From positions 6,365-70,364 of the forward strand of contig DATJUI010000014.1 in assembly GCA_035502455.1 (NCBI GenBank): a stretch of DNA of 64,000 bases, read 5' to 3'. Each line of letters opens with the position of its first letter. Position 1 is the first letter of the stretch. The translations under genes and the position numbers were made by a program. The notes under the pieces are model-generated. The model worked only from the letters and a program-made list of their open reading frames with translations. It was not told the DNA's origin and made no database searches. This DNA comes from Thermoplasmata archaeon. GTDB lineage: Archaea; Thermoplasmatota; Thermoplasmata; Lutacidiplasmatales; UBA184. Positions 20,145 to 29,090 of the stretch are shown here, one piece after another.

Positions 20145-20786
20145 GTGGCCGCGCCGCCGGATCCGCTCGGTGCGGCCCCCCGGCCGCTCGGAGCGCTGCT
20201 CGACCGGTATCCCCGCGTGAGCCCGCCGGTCTCCGTGGGCGGGGCGGCCGTGGTCCTGCTGCTGCGCGAGGGGCGATCCGAGGTCGAGACGCTGCTCATC
20301 GAGCGGACCGTGCGGCCGACCGACCCCGCGTCCGGCCAGGTCGCCTTTCCGGGGGGCCACGTCGATGACGGCGACGGCTCGTTGCTCTCGACGGCGCTCC
20401 GCGAGCTCGAGGAGGAGGTCGGGCTCACCCGCTCGGACCTCGCGGACGATCCCCGGTTCGTCGGGCCGTTCGACGCCCCGCGGTTCGGCCTCACCGTGGG
20501 CGTCTTCGCGGCCGCGATCGCCGACTCCGGTCGACCGCCCTCCCCGCGCAGCGCGAACGAGGTCGCGCACGTCTTCTGGCTGCCGCGCTCGGCGCTCGCC
20601 CGCACCCGACGGGTCCACCGCGAGACGGCGGACGGCCTCGGTGAGGTCAACGCGACCGTCTTCGAGGGGCACATCCTGTGGGGGTTCACGCGGCGGGTCC
20701 TCCGCGACTTCTTCGGCTTCCCCGTCGAGGACGTCCTCGCCGGACCGGTCTTCGCCCATCGGGACGACGTGCCCGCGGACCGGTGA
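20145..20786 (+). CDS. Nudix hydrolase, CoA pyrophosphatase type
   Basis: GQVAFPGG UPF0035 motif and Nudix box TALRELEEEVG; LWGFT. Confidence 0.9.
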   Translation: MAAPPDPLGAAPRPLGALLDRYPRVSPPVSVGGAAVVLLLREGRSEVETLLIERTVRPTDPASGQVAFPGGHVDDGDGSLLSTALRELEEEVGLTRSDLADDPRFVGPFDAPRFGLTVGVFAAAIADSGRPPSPRSANEVAHVFWLPRSALARTRRVHRETADGLGEVNATVFEGHILWGFTRRVLRDFFGFPVEDVLAGPVFAHRDDVPADR

Positions 20787-20882
20787 TCCGGCCCCGCGGC
20801 ACCCCCGTCCCGTCGCGCGATCCCGGCCCTCGGGCGGCGACGTCCGGTTCGGCGGTTTCCCCGGCGATACCGGCGAGCAGAC

Positions 20883-20904
20883 CTTTATATACCAGCTTAA
20901 ATAG
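20883..20904 (+). promoter_or_regulatory. Putative TATA/promoter region of tbp
   Basis: ctttatataccagcttaaatag, an AT-rich patch 20-40 nt upstream of the tbp GTG. Confidence 0.55.
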
Positions 20905-20924
20905 TCCTCCGCCCGGGGATCACC

Positions 20925-21473
20925 TTGGTGAAGATTCGTATCGAGAACGTGGTCGCCTCGACCTCCCTCGGCGATGAGCTCGATCTGCAGTCGATCGCGC
21001 TCGGTCTCGACGGGGCGGAGTACGAGCCGGAACAGTTCCCCGGTCTCATCTACCGGCTGAAGCAGCCGAAGACCGCGATCCTCCTCTTCCGCTCGGGCAA
21101 GGTCGTCTGCACCGGTGCGAAGAGCATGCACGAGGTCGAGGAGTCGATCCGCACCGTGGCGGCCCAGATCAAGAAGGGCGGGCAGAAGATCAACATGCAC
21201 CCCCGGATCGAGGTCCAGAACATCGTCGCGAGCTCCGACCTCGAGAGCGAGATCAACCTCAACGCGATCGCCGTGACCCTCGGGCTCGATCGGGTCGAGT
21301 ACGAGCCCGAACAGTTCCCCGGGCTCGTCTGCCGCATCGACGATCCGAAGGTGGTCGTCCTCCTGTTCGGCAGCGGCAAGCTCGTCTGCACCGGCGCCCG
21401 CAAGCCCTCGGACGTCGAGGTCGCGGTCAAGAAGATCACGAAGGAGCTCCAGGGCGCGGGCCTGCTCCGCTAG
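20925..21473 (+). CDS. tbp: TATA-box-binding protein
   Basis: Two repeats of YEPEQFPGL; IENVVAS, LFRSGKVVCTGAK. Confidence 0.98.
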   Translation: MVKIRIENVVASTSLGDELDLQSIALGLDGAEYEPEQFPGLIYRLKQPKTAILLFRSGKVVCTGAKSMHEVEESIRTVAAQIKKGGQKINMHPRIEVQNIVASSDLESEINLNAIAVTLGLDRVEYEPEQFPGLVCRIDDPKVVVLLFGSGKLVCTGARKPSDVEVAVKKITKELQGAGLLR

Positions 21474-21496
21474 GCCCGCGGACGTCCGGGGCGCTC

Positions 21497-22369
21497 GTGA
21501 CGCTCCCCGACGACCTGCCGATCGTCGACCACCACTGCCATCTCTCCCCCACGGGCGAGGGGGTCGCGGCGGCCCGGCGGTTCCGGGAGGCCGGCGGAAC
21601 CCACCTGTTCCTCGCCACCCAGAACTACGCCCCGCGGGTCCCGACGACCGAGGCGGAGTACGTCGCCCAGTTCGAGACGACCGAGCGCCTCGCCCGCCGG
21701 GTCCACGAGGAGACGGGGACCGTCGTCTACCCCGTGATCGCCCCGTACCCGATCGACCTCGTCCACGCCGCCCCCGATTTGGGGGTCGCGGGCGCGCTGC
21801 AACTTCAGCTGCGGGCGCTCGACCGCGCGGGGGCCTGGATCCGCGATCGCCGCGCCGTCGCGCTCGGCGAGGTCGGACGGGCGCACTTCCCGGTGCCGGA
21901 ACCGGTCGCCGCCGCCCTCGCCACGGTGTTCGAGTACGCGCTCGCGATCGCCCGCGACGCCGGCTGTCCGGCGGTGGTCCACTCGGAGGAGTTGGATCGC
22001 GCCGGATACCGTCAGCTCGCGGAGCTCGCCCGGCGGATCGGCCTCGCGCCCGAGCGGGTCGTCAAGCACTACGCCCGAAGCCGCGTGCCGGCCGAGGAAC
22101 GAGACGGGATCGCGCCGTCGTACGTCGCGCGTCGCGAGCTCGTGCGGGAGGTCGCACGCGACCCTGCCCCCTGGTTCCTGGAGACCGACTTCCTCGACGA
22201 CCCGAAGCGCCCGGGCGCGGTGCTCGACCTCACGACCGTCCCGCGACGCGCCCGGGCGGCGGGCGAACGATCGGCGCCGGAGCGGGACGCGCTGCGGGTC
22301 CCGTTCGTGGAGTCGGTGGAGCGGGTCTACGGGCTGCGTCCGATCGTCGAGCGGGGGGTCCCCGCATGA
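21497..22369 (+). CDS. TatD-related metal-dependent hydrolase
   Basis: DHHCH, GEVGRAHF, VHSE, VKHY, LETDFLDDP.RPGAV. Confidence 0.85.
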   Translation: MTLPDDLPIVDHHCHLSPTGEGVAAARRFREAGGTHLFLATQNYAPRVPTTEAEYVAQFETTERLARRVHEETGTVVYPVIAPYPIDLVHAAPDLGVAGALQLQLRALDRAGAWIRDRRAVALGEVGRAHFPVPEPVAAALATVFEYALAIARDAGCPAVVHSEELDRAGYRQLAELARRIGLAPERVVKHYARSRVPAEERDGIAPSYVARRELVREVARDPAPWFLETDFLDDPKRPGAVLDLTTVPRRARAAGERSAPERDALRVPFVESVERVYGLRPIVERGVPA

Positions 22370-22989
22370 CGCGGCGCGGGCTGCTGGTCGCGCTCGAAGG
22401 GATCGACGGGGCCGGGAAGTCGACGCTCACCCGGTCGCTCGCCCGACGCCTGCGGGCCCGGGGCTACTCGGTCGCCCGATGGCGGGAGCCGACCGACCCG
22501 CGGATCGGGCGGCTCGCCCAGTCCGTGGGGGCCGCGGATCCGTGGACGGGGGCGGTCTACTTCACCGTCGATCGGCACCTGGCCCGACCCCGCCTCGAGT
22601 CGCTGCTGCGGCGCCACGACGTCGTCCTCAGCGACCGCTCGTTCTTCTCGACGCTCGCCTACCAGGGGAGCGCCCTCCCGCCCAGGGAGCGACGGCGTCT
22701 CGCGGCGCTCGAGCGCTCGGCCACCGTCGCGCCGGACCGCGTGCTGCTGGTCGACCTCCCCCCGGAGCTGGCGCTGCGGCGTCTCGGCGGGCGGGGCCGG
22801 GGGCGGGGACCGCTCGAGCGGCGGGCGGTGCTCGCGCGGGTCGCGCGGGCCTACCGGGGCCTGGCGCGCGCCCCCGGCTGGACGGTGCTCGACGCGCGAC
22901 GCCCGCGACGGGAGCTGACCCACGCCGCCGTCGCCGCCCTTCGGCTGCCCGACGGGGCCGCCCGCCGACACCCCTCGGGGCGAACCTGA
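22366..22989 (+). CDS. tmk: Thymidylate kinase
   Basis: EGIDGAGKST, REP, SDRSFFSTLAYQ. Confidence 0.93.
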   Translation: MTRRGLLVALEGIDGAGKSTLTRSLARRLRARGYSVARWREPTDPRIGRLAQSVGAADPWTGAVYFTVDRHLARPRLESLLRRHDVVLSDRSFFSTLAYQGSALPPRERRRLAALERSATVAPDRVLLVDLPPELALRRLGGRGRGRGPLERRAVLARVARAYRGLARAPGWTVLDARRPRRELTHAAVAALRLPDGAARRHPSGRT

Positions 22990-23018
22990 TATGGCCCGCG
23001 TTCGTCCCGCCGCCCGCG

Positions 23019-24170
23019 ATGAGCCCCCCCGCCCGCATCCTCGTGCGCGAGGAGACGCTCGACCCGTCGTTCCTCCCCCCCAAGCTCGTCCATCGGGAGC
23101 GGGAGCTCGAGCTGTTGGGCAAGCGCTACCGGGACGCGCTCGGGAAGAACCTCCCGTTCCACCTCCTCCTGACCGGCGGCGTCGGTAGCGGGAAGACCGC
23201 GGTCGCGCGTCGGCTCGGCGAGGACCTCGGGCGCGCGGGTCGGCTGGGCGGCTTTCCGCTCCGCACGATCTACGTCAACTGCTGGCGGCGCGCGAGCGAC
23301 CGTACGGTCATGCTCGACCTGCTGCGGAGCGTTCAGGTCTCGCTGCCGGATCGGGGCTACAGCCTGTCCGAGATGCTCGATGTCTTCGAGCAGGGGATCC
23401 GCCGCAACCCGGGACATCTGCTGATCGAGCTCGACGAGGCGAGCGCGCTCGTGAAGCAGGAGACGAAGCTCGTCTACCTGCTCTCCCGGTCCCGAGAGGT
23501 CGAGCTCGGCTCGATCTCGCTGCTCCTGATCGCGTCGGAGGATCTCTTCCCGTACCTCGACGCGGCCAGCCGCTCGAGCTTCGGCGTCACGCACCGCCTC
23601 GCCCTCGCGCCGTACGACCGCGGCGCGCTCGCCGACATCCTGGAGGCGCGGGCGGCGATCGCGCTCCGGAGCGGCTCGGTCGGGCGCGACGTGCTCGAAC
23701 AGATCGCGCGGATCGCCGCGCCGAACGGGGACGCGCGGTTCGCGCTCGAGATCCTCGGGGGCGCGGCCCACGCCGCGGAGGACGACGGGGCCGACACGAT
23801 CGAGGCGGAGCACGTCCGCCGCGCCAAGGGGTCGCTGCTGCCGACCGTCGGCGAGGAGCAGCTCGAGGCGCTCTCGACGAACCAGCTCGGCGTGCTGCTC
23901 GCGCTCTCGCGGAGTCTCAAGCGGCGGGGCGCGAACGTCGCCAGCCAGAAGCTCCGGACGACCCACGCCGCCCTCCTGGAGGAGCTCGGCGGGACGCCGA
24001 TGAGCCGGACCACCTTCTGGCGGACCCTCAAGGAGCTCGAGCGGGACGGCCTCGTCACGCTCGAGACGGGCGCGAACGGCGAGTCGAGCCAGGTCGGGAT
24101 GGACGAGCTGCCCGCGAGCTACCTCTCGACGCTGCTCGAGGAACGGCTTGGCCGGCCGCGCAAAACCTAA
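23019..24170 (+). CDS. cdc6: Orc1/Cdc6 family replication initiation protein
   Basis: LDPSFLP.KLVHRE, Walker A GGVGSGKT, YVNC, Walker B LDEA, GDARFAL, C-terminal wHTH. Confidence 0.9.
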   Translation: MSPPARILVREETLDPSFLPPKLVHRERELELLGKRYRDALGKNLPFHLLLTGGVGSGKTAVARRLGEDLGRAGRLGGFPLRTIYVNCWRRASDRTVMLDLLRSVQVSLPDRGYSLSEMLDVFEQGIRRNPGHLLIELDEASALVKQETKLVYLLSRSREVELGSISLLLIASEDLFPYLDAASRSSFGVTHRLALAPYDRGALADILEARAAIALRSGSVGRDVLEQIARIAAPNGDARFALEILGGAAHAAEDDGADTIEAEHVRRAKGSLLPTVGEEQLEALSTNQLGVLLALSRSLKRRGANVASQKLRTTHAALLEELGGTPMSRTTFWRTLKELERDGLVTLETGANGESSQVGMDELPASYLSTLLEERLGRPRKT

Positions 24171-24194
24171 GACCCACGCCCCAGTCGGCGCCGC

Positions 24195-25112
24195 GTGGCC
24201 GCGGAGTCCGTACCCTCCCCGACGGTCGGCGCGTCGGCCCGCCTGCCCGCGTGGATCCGGGTCCGTCCGCCCACCGGCGCGCAGTATCCCGAGGTGCGCG
24301 ACCTCCTCGGCGAGCTGCGGCTCGGCACGGTGTGCCGGGAGGCGCACTGCCCGAACCTCCCCGAGTGCTGGTCGATGGGCGCCGCGACGCTCATGCTGCT
24401 CGGGACCGACTGCACGCGCCGGTGCGGCTTCTGCGCCGTCACCACCCACTGGCCGCGGGGCGTCGTCGACCGGACGGAGCCCGCGCGCGTCGCCGAGGCG
24501 GTCCGTCGCTGGGGCCTAACGTACGTGGTGCTCACCCAGGTCTGCCGGGACGACCTCGAGGACGGCGGAGCCTCGGTGATGGCCGAGACGGTCCGGCGGA
24601 TCCGGGCGGAGAGCCCGCGCACGCTCGTGGAGCTGTTGATCGGGGACCTCGGGGGCCGTGTCGAGTCGCTCGAGCTCCTCCTCCGCGACCCCCCGGACGT
24701 CCTCGCCCACAACCTCGAGACGACCCGCGCCCGGACGCCCGCGGTCCGCGACCCGCGGGCCGGCTACGACCGGTCGCTCCGCACCCTGTCCGCGGCGCGC
24801 GACCGGGGCGGCCGCGGGCTGGTGACGAAGAGCTCGATCATGCTCGGCCTCGGCGAGACCGACGACGAGCTCGACCGGGCGTTCGACGACCTGCGTCGCG
24901 CGGGGGTCGACCTCCTCACCCTCGGGCAGTACCTGCGGCCGAGCGCCGACCACCTCCCCGTCCAACGATGGGTCGACCCCGCGGAGTTCGACCGGACGAA
25001 GGCCCGGGCGCTCGCGGCGGGGTTCGCGGGCGTGGAGGCCGGCCCCCTGGTGCGGAGCTCGTACCGGGCCGAGGCGCTGTACGCGCGCGCGATGGCGCGC
25101 CGGGGAGCGTGA
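24195..25112 (+). CDS. lipA: Lipoyl synthase
   Basis: CREAHCPNLPEC (CX4CX5C), CTRRCGFC, HNLET, GQYLRPS, RSSY. Confidence 0.96.
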   Translation: MAAESVPSPTVGASARLPAWIRVRPPTGAQYPEVRDLLGELRLGTVCREAHCPNLPECWSMGAATLMLLGTDCTRRCGFCAVTTHWPRGVVDRTEPARVAEAVRRWGLTYVVLTQVCRDDLEDGGASVMAETVRRIRAESPRTLVELLIGDLGGRVESLELLLRDPPDVLAHNLETTRARTPAVRDPRAGYDRSLRTLSAARDRGGRGLVTKSSIMLGLGETDDELDRAFDDLRRAGVDLLTLGQYLRPSADHLPVQRWVDPAEFDRTKARALAAGFAGVEAGPLVRSSYRAEALYARAMARRGA

Positions 25113-25115
25113 GCG

Positions 25116-25472
25116 ATGGCGAAGAAGGTCAAGCGGAAGCTCGAGGAGGCGCAGGAGCCCGCCTTCGAGTTCCCGATCTTCGACGACGGAGCGTTCGTCA
25201 AGAAGGAGTTCGAACTGACCTGGGGGCTCACCCTCGCCGGGATCATCGCGGTCGTCTTCGGGTTCCTCGACTGGGCGCTCGCCACTGCCCACGTGCCCTG
25301 GTGGGGCGAGTTCGGCCTCGCGATCCTGGGGGCCGCCCTCACCCCGTTCCTGATCGGGCGCGTGAGGTCCGGGTCGTCGGCCTACACGAAGGGCGACTGG
25401 TTCGGGCTGATCTTCCTCGTCTTCTTCGGGACGATCGCGCTCTGGTTGCTGCTGATCAATCTCGCACCGTAG
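25116..25472 (+). CDS. Hypothetical membrane protein (3 TM)
   Basis: Charged N-terminus FEFPIFDDGAFVKKEF followed by hydrophobic helices; 3 nt after lipA stop. Confidence 0.7.
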   Translation: MAKKVKRKLEEAQEPAFEFPIFDDGAFVKKEFELTWGLTLAGIIAVVFGFLDWALATAHVPWWGEFGLAILGAALTPFLIGRVRSGSSAYTKGDWFGLIFLVFFGTIALWLLLINLAP

Positions 25473-26874
25473 CGGCCGCGTCGAGCCACGGCAGCCGCTT
25501 CCCCAGGAGGCCCGTGAGCGCCTCCTCGAGCGACGGGGTCTCCGTCGCCTCCCCGAGCGGGGCGACCCCGATCGCCGACGGGTCGGCCGGCGTGAGGTCG
25601 CGTCCGAGCGACAGCCGGGGCAACAACGCCCGCACGACCGTCTCCGCGTCCCGGTCGCCCCGCCGGGACTCGACGGCCAGGTGGCCGTCCGGGCCGACGT
25701 ACGGGCCCTGGAGGACCGGGGCGTCCGCCGCGCCCCACTTCGCGAGGAAGTGGCCGACCCGGTCGAGCCCGGCCGGCGGGCCGCCCTGGATCCGCACGGC
25801 GGGTCGCTCCCGATGCGCCAGCTCGACCACCACCGTGACCCGCTCCGGGTCCGCGGCGCTCGCGGAGGCGAGGAGCGCGTAGTCGGACCGGCCGAGCTCC
25901 TCCGCGATCGCATGCTCGGCCTTGCGGATCTGCGGGTAGAGCGTGTCGTCGACCCGGTCGGGCCGGGGCAGCGTGAGCACCGTCACGTGGGTCCCCCGGG
26001 CGTGGACCGCCCGGAGGGCGTCGTCCCGGGAGAGCCGGGGGCGGGGCCGTACCTCGAACCACGCCTCGGTCGGGCCGTCGAGGTACGCGCCCGCCGCGAG
26101 CACGAACGTGGCGAGGTTCCGGCGCGAGAGCGCGCTCGCCACGTTGCGGTTCGGATCGACCGGGTCCGCGAGCACCAGGGCGACGTCGGCCGGGAGCCGG
26201 GGGGGCTCGTGGCCGGGCGCGGCCAGACGGACCGGGAGTCGCCAGCCCCGGGCCGCGCGCAGCCACCCGCGCAGTCCGCCGAACTCGAGGACGAGCAGCT
26301 CCACGAGGTACCCCGAGAACCCCTCCGTGCGGGCCTCGGACCCGTAGACGCCGAGCGCGCGGAGGTACTGCTTCGCGAGTCGCACCTCGGCGACGAGGGC
26401 CGGGGTCTCCCGGGCGATCAGGTACTCCTGGTGGAACGGGGTCCGGTCGACCGGCGACAGCGGATGCGACGGGTCGGAGATGGCGAAACCGGGGACGGCG
26501 TCGACGTTGAACCCCGCGAACCGGCCGCGGAGGTACGGGTGCTCCGCGTAGCGGGTCTCGGGCGACTCGAGGACCGCGCGCCCGAGGGCGAGCCCCTCCT
26601 CGCGCAGCCGGTCCCGGCCGAGGTCGGGGGGGAACAGGAGGAACAGGTCGATGTCGAGCCGGTCGCTGAGGAACGTCCCCCGGGCGGCGCTGCCGGCCAC
26701 CAGGGCGCGGACGAGCGGGCTCGACCGCGCCTTCGCCGCGGCGCCGACGCGCTCCACGAGCTCCGTCCGCACGCGGGCGACCCGCTCCAGGAACTCCGCC
26801 GTCGGCGCGAGCCGGCGCGCGACCGTCGCCTCGACACGCGCGGCCTGCGCGTCGCGCTCCGCCCCCTCCGGCAT
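25456..26874 (-). CDS. cca: Archaeal class I CCA-adding enzyme
   Basis: GSAARGTFL..DIDLF, YAEHPY, VDRTPFH, GFSGYLVELL, DPVDPNRNVASAL. Confidence 0.95.
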   Translation of the reverse strand: MPEGAERDAQAARVEATVARRLAPTAEFLERVARVRTELVERVGAAAKARSSPLVRALVAGSAARGTFLSDRLDIDLFLLFPPDLGRDRLREEGLALGRAVLESPETRYAEHPYLRGRFAGFNVDAVPGFAISDPSHPLSPVDRTPFHQEYLIARETPALVAEVRLAKQYLRALGVYGSEARTEGFSGYLVELLVLEFGGLRGWLRAARGWRLPVRLAAPGHEPPRLPADVALVLADPVDPNRNVASALSRRNLATFVLAAGAYLDGPTEAWFEVRPRPRLSRDDALRAVHARGTHVTVLTLPRPDRVDDTLYPQIRKAEHAIAEELGRSDYALLASASAADPERVTVVVELAHRERPAVRIQGGPPAGLDRVGHFLAKWGAADAPVLQGPYVGPDGHLAVESRRGDRDAETVVRALLPRLSLGRDLTPADPSAIGVAPLGEATETPSLEEALTGLLGKRLPWLDAAATVRD

Positions 26875-26969
26875 CGGTCCTCCGGACGCGCCTCGGAAGA
26901 AGAAGCTTCGTCTCGAGCGCCGCCGCGACGGTTATCGGCGGCGGCGGCGTACTGCGAGCGGTCGACCGC

Positions 26970-28034
26970 ATGTCGGCGCTCGTGGGACACCCGGCGTCGC
27001 TGTTCGAACCCCTCGACGGGGGCAAGGTGCGCTGTACGGCGTGCGCGCGGTACTGCACGATCCCGGACGGCTCGCACGGCTTCTGCTTCGTCCGCAAGAA
27101 CGTCGGCGGCCGGCTCGTGCTCCTGAGCTACGGGCGCGCGAGCGCGGTGCAGGTCGACCCGGTCGAGAAGAAGCCCCTCTCGCACTTCCACCCCGGCAGC
27201 CGGGTCTTCTCCATCGGGACGGTCGGGTGCAACTGGCGGTGCCAGTACTGCCAGAACGCGGAGATCTCGCAGGAGCGCGAGATCCAGGGGCGCCCGCTCT
27301 CGCCGCCCGCGGCGGTCGACCAAGCCCGCCGCTACGGGTGCGACGGGATCACCTTCACCTACAACGAGCCGACGATCTTCGCCGAGTACGCGCTCGACGT
27401 GATCGACGAGGCCCACCGGGCCGGCCTGTTCGCGAACTTCGTCACGAACGGCTACCTCACCCCCGAGGCGGTCGACGCGCTCGCGCCGAAGCTGGACGCC
27501 GTGAGCGTTGACTTCAAGGGGAGCGGCGAGCCCGGCTTCCTGCGCAAGTACATCACGGCGAAGGGCCCGGAGCCGATCCGGGAGTCGATGGTGACCCTGT
27601 ACGAGCGCGGCGTGCACGTCGAGGTGACGGACCTCATCGTCCCCGAGGTCGGAGACTCCGTGGAGGCGACCCGATCGCTGGCCCGGTACGTGCGCGACCG
27701 GATGGGGCCCGACGTGCCGTTCCACCTCCTCCGGTTCCACCCCGACTACAAGATGCTCGACCTGCCCGAGACCCCGGTCGCGACCCTCGAGAAGCTCCAC
27801 GCGGTCGCGAAGGGCGAGGGCCTGCGGTACGTCTACCTCGGCAACGTCTGGGGCCACCCGCTCGAGCACACGTACTGCGCCGGCTGCGGGGCGATCGCGG
27901 TCCGGCGCTACGGGTTCACGATCCAGGCCTGGAACCTCGACCGGTCGAACCGCTGCCGCGTCTGCGGCGAGCGACTGCCGACCGTAGGGACGCTCGCCCC
28001 GGGGTACGTGCCGACGTTCGCGACCCCCGTGTAG
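26970..28034 (+). CDS. amrS: AmmeMemoRadiSam system radical SAM enzyme
   Basis: CTACARYC, DPVEKKPLSHFHPG, GCNWRCQYCQN, FTYNEP, CAGCG. Confidence 0.9.
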   Translation: MSALVGHPASLFEPLDGGKVRCTACARYCTIPDGSHGFCFVRKNVGGRLVLLSYGRASAVQVDPVEKKPLSHFHPGSRVFSIGTVGCNWRCQYCQNAEISQEREIQGRPLSPPAAVDQARRYGCDGITFTYNEPTIFAEYALDVIDEAHRAGLFANFVTNGYLTPEAVDALAPKLDAVSVDFKGSGEPGFLRKYITAKGPEPIRESMVTLYERGVHVEVTDLIVPEVGDSVEATRSLARYVRDRMGPDVPFHLLRFHPDYKMLDLPETPVATLEKLHAVAKGEGLRYVYLGNVWGHPLEHTYCAGCGAIAVRRYGFTIQAWNLDRSNRCRVCGERLPTVGTLAPGYVPTFATPV

Positions 28035-28806
28035 CGATCGCGGGGGGCCGGGGCACCGCCTCGACGACCAGGTGCAACGGCACCTCCATGAGGAAGCGGC
28101 CCTGCGGGCTCTTGGCGACCGCCTCGGGGAGCGGCCACGGCTCCTCGAGCCGGGTCACCGCGAGGCCGGCCGACCGTAGGGCCGCGAAGTAGCTCGGGAG
28201 CGGCCGGTGGTAGCCGGTCGTGTACGCGTACGAACCGTCGTCGAGCTTCCACGGGACCCGCACGGCCCGCGCCTCGCGGTATCCCGCGACCTTCCGGGCG
28301 ACCGTCTCCTCGTACCAGACCCGCTCCACGACCCACGCCGAGCGGCCGTCGACGTCGAAGCACGGGTGGTTGATCGCGAAGACGAATCGGCCGGTCGGTG
28401 CCAGCACGCGGGCGGCCTCGAGCACCGCTCCTTCGAGGTCGGAGATGTCCATCAGCGACATGTTCGCGACGACCGCGTCGAAGCTCCCGTCCTCGAGCCC
28501 GACCAGGGCGGCGGCGTCGCGCCGCAAGAACTGCGCGCCCGTCGGCCGCGCGTGCTCGCGCCGGCGCGCGTAGCGCAACGACGCGGCCGACCCGTCGACG
28601 CCCACGGACCGCGCGGCTCCCTCGCGCGCCCACCGCCGCGTGAGGTAGCCGTTCCCGCAGCCGAGGTCGAGCACCCGGAGGCCGCGGACCGGGCCGACGA
28701 CCTCGCGCACGGTCGGATCGATGATCGCGCGGTGCCACAGATCGCCCGCGTCCCCCATCCGTCGATCGCGCCAGGCCGCGATCCGGTCCCACGCGGAGCC
28801 GTCCAT
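27916..28806 (-). CDS. Class I SAM-dependent methyltransferase
   Basis: VLDLGCGNG, GVDGS, FDAVVANMSLMD; 3' tail overlaps the amrS end. Confidence 0.88.
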   Translation of the reverse strand: MDGSAWDRIAAWRDRRMGDAGDLWHRAIIDPTVREVVGPVRGLRVLDLGCGNGYLTRRWAREGAARSVGVDGSAASLRYARRREHARPTGAQFLRRDAAALVGLEDGSFDAVVANMSLMDISDLEGAVLEAARVLAPTGRFVFAINHPCFDVDGRSAWVVERVWYEETVARKVAGYREARAVRVPWKLDDGSYAYTTGYHRPLPSYFAALRSAGLAVTRLEEPWPLPEAVAKSPQGRFLMEVPLHLVVEAVPRPPAIATRGSRTSARTPGRASLRSAVARRRRGSGSTGRGSRPGS

Positions 28807-28859
28807 GGAGCCGCGGGCAGGCGTCGGCCGATAAAGAACCGTCGGACCGAGGGGTCCGC

Positions 28860-29090
28860 TCAGTCGTTCCCGGGCGCCCACCAGCCCCAGACGAAGAAGG
28901 CGACGAGCGCGCCGACGATCCCGATCGTCGTGCCGAGCACCTGGGGCGCGAGGGCCGGCAGTCCGACCCAGTACGAGATCTCGAAGACCGCACCCGCCGC
29001 GGCGAGGAGGGCGACCGCGAAGAACGCCACGAACGGCCCGACCCGGGTGCCGACGCGGGCGGACGGGGCGGCGGGCTCGCTCGGGCTCAT
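28860..29090 (-). CDS. Small two-helix membrane protein (76 aa), probable oxidase accessory subunit
   Basis: ATGA overlap with oxidase stop; MSPSEP...FVAFFAVALLAAAGAVFEISYWVG...TTIGIVGALVAFFVWGWWAPGND. Confidence 0.7.
   Translation of the reverse strand: MSPSEPAAPSARVGTRVGPFVAFFAVALLAAAGAVFEISYWVGLPALAPQVLGTTIGIVGALVAFFVWGWWAPGND

Noticed and set aside
22990-24194. Replication origin beside cdc6
   Set aside because: cdc6 lies inside a tight operon with no AT-rich spacer or ORB-like repeats
27916-28034. Overlap of the methyltransferase tail with amrS as a special feature
   Set aside because: Low-complexity tail explained by a late stop codon in GC-rich DNA
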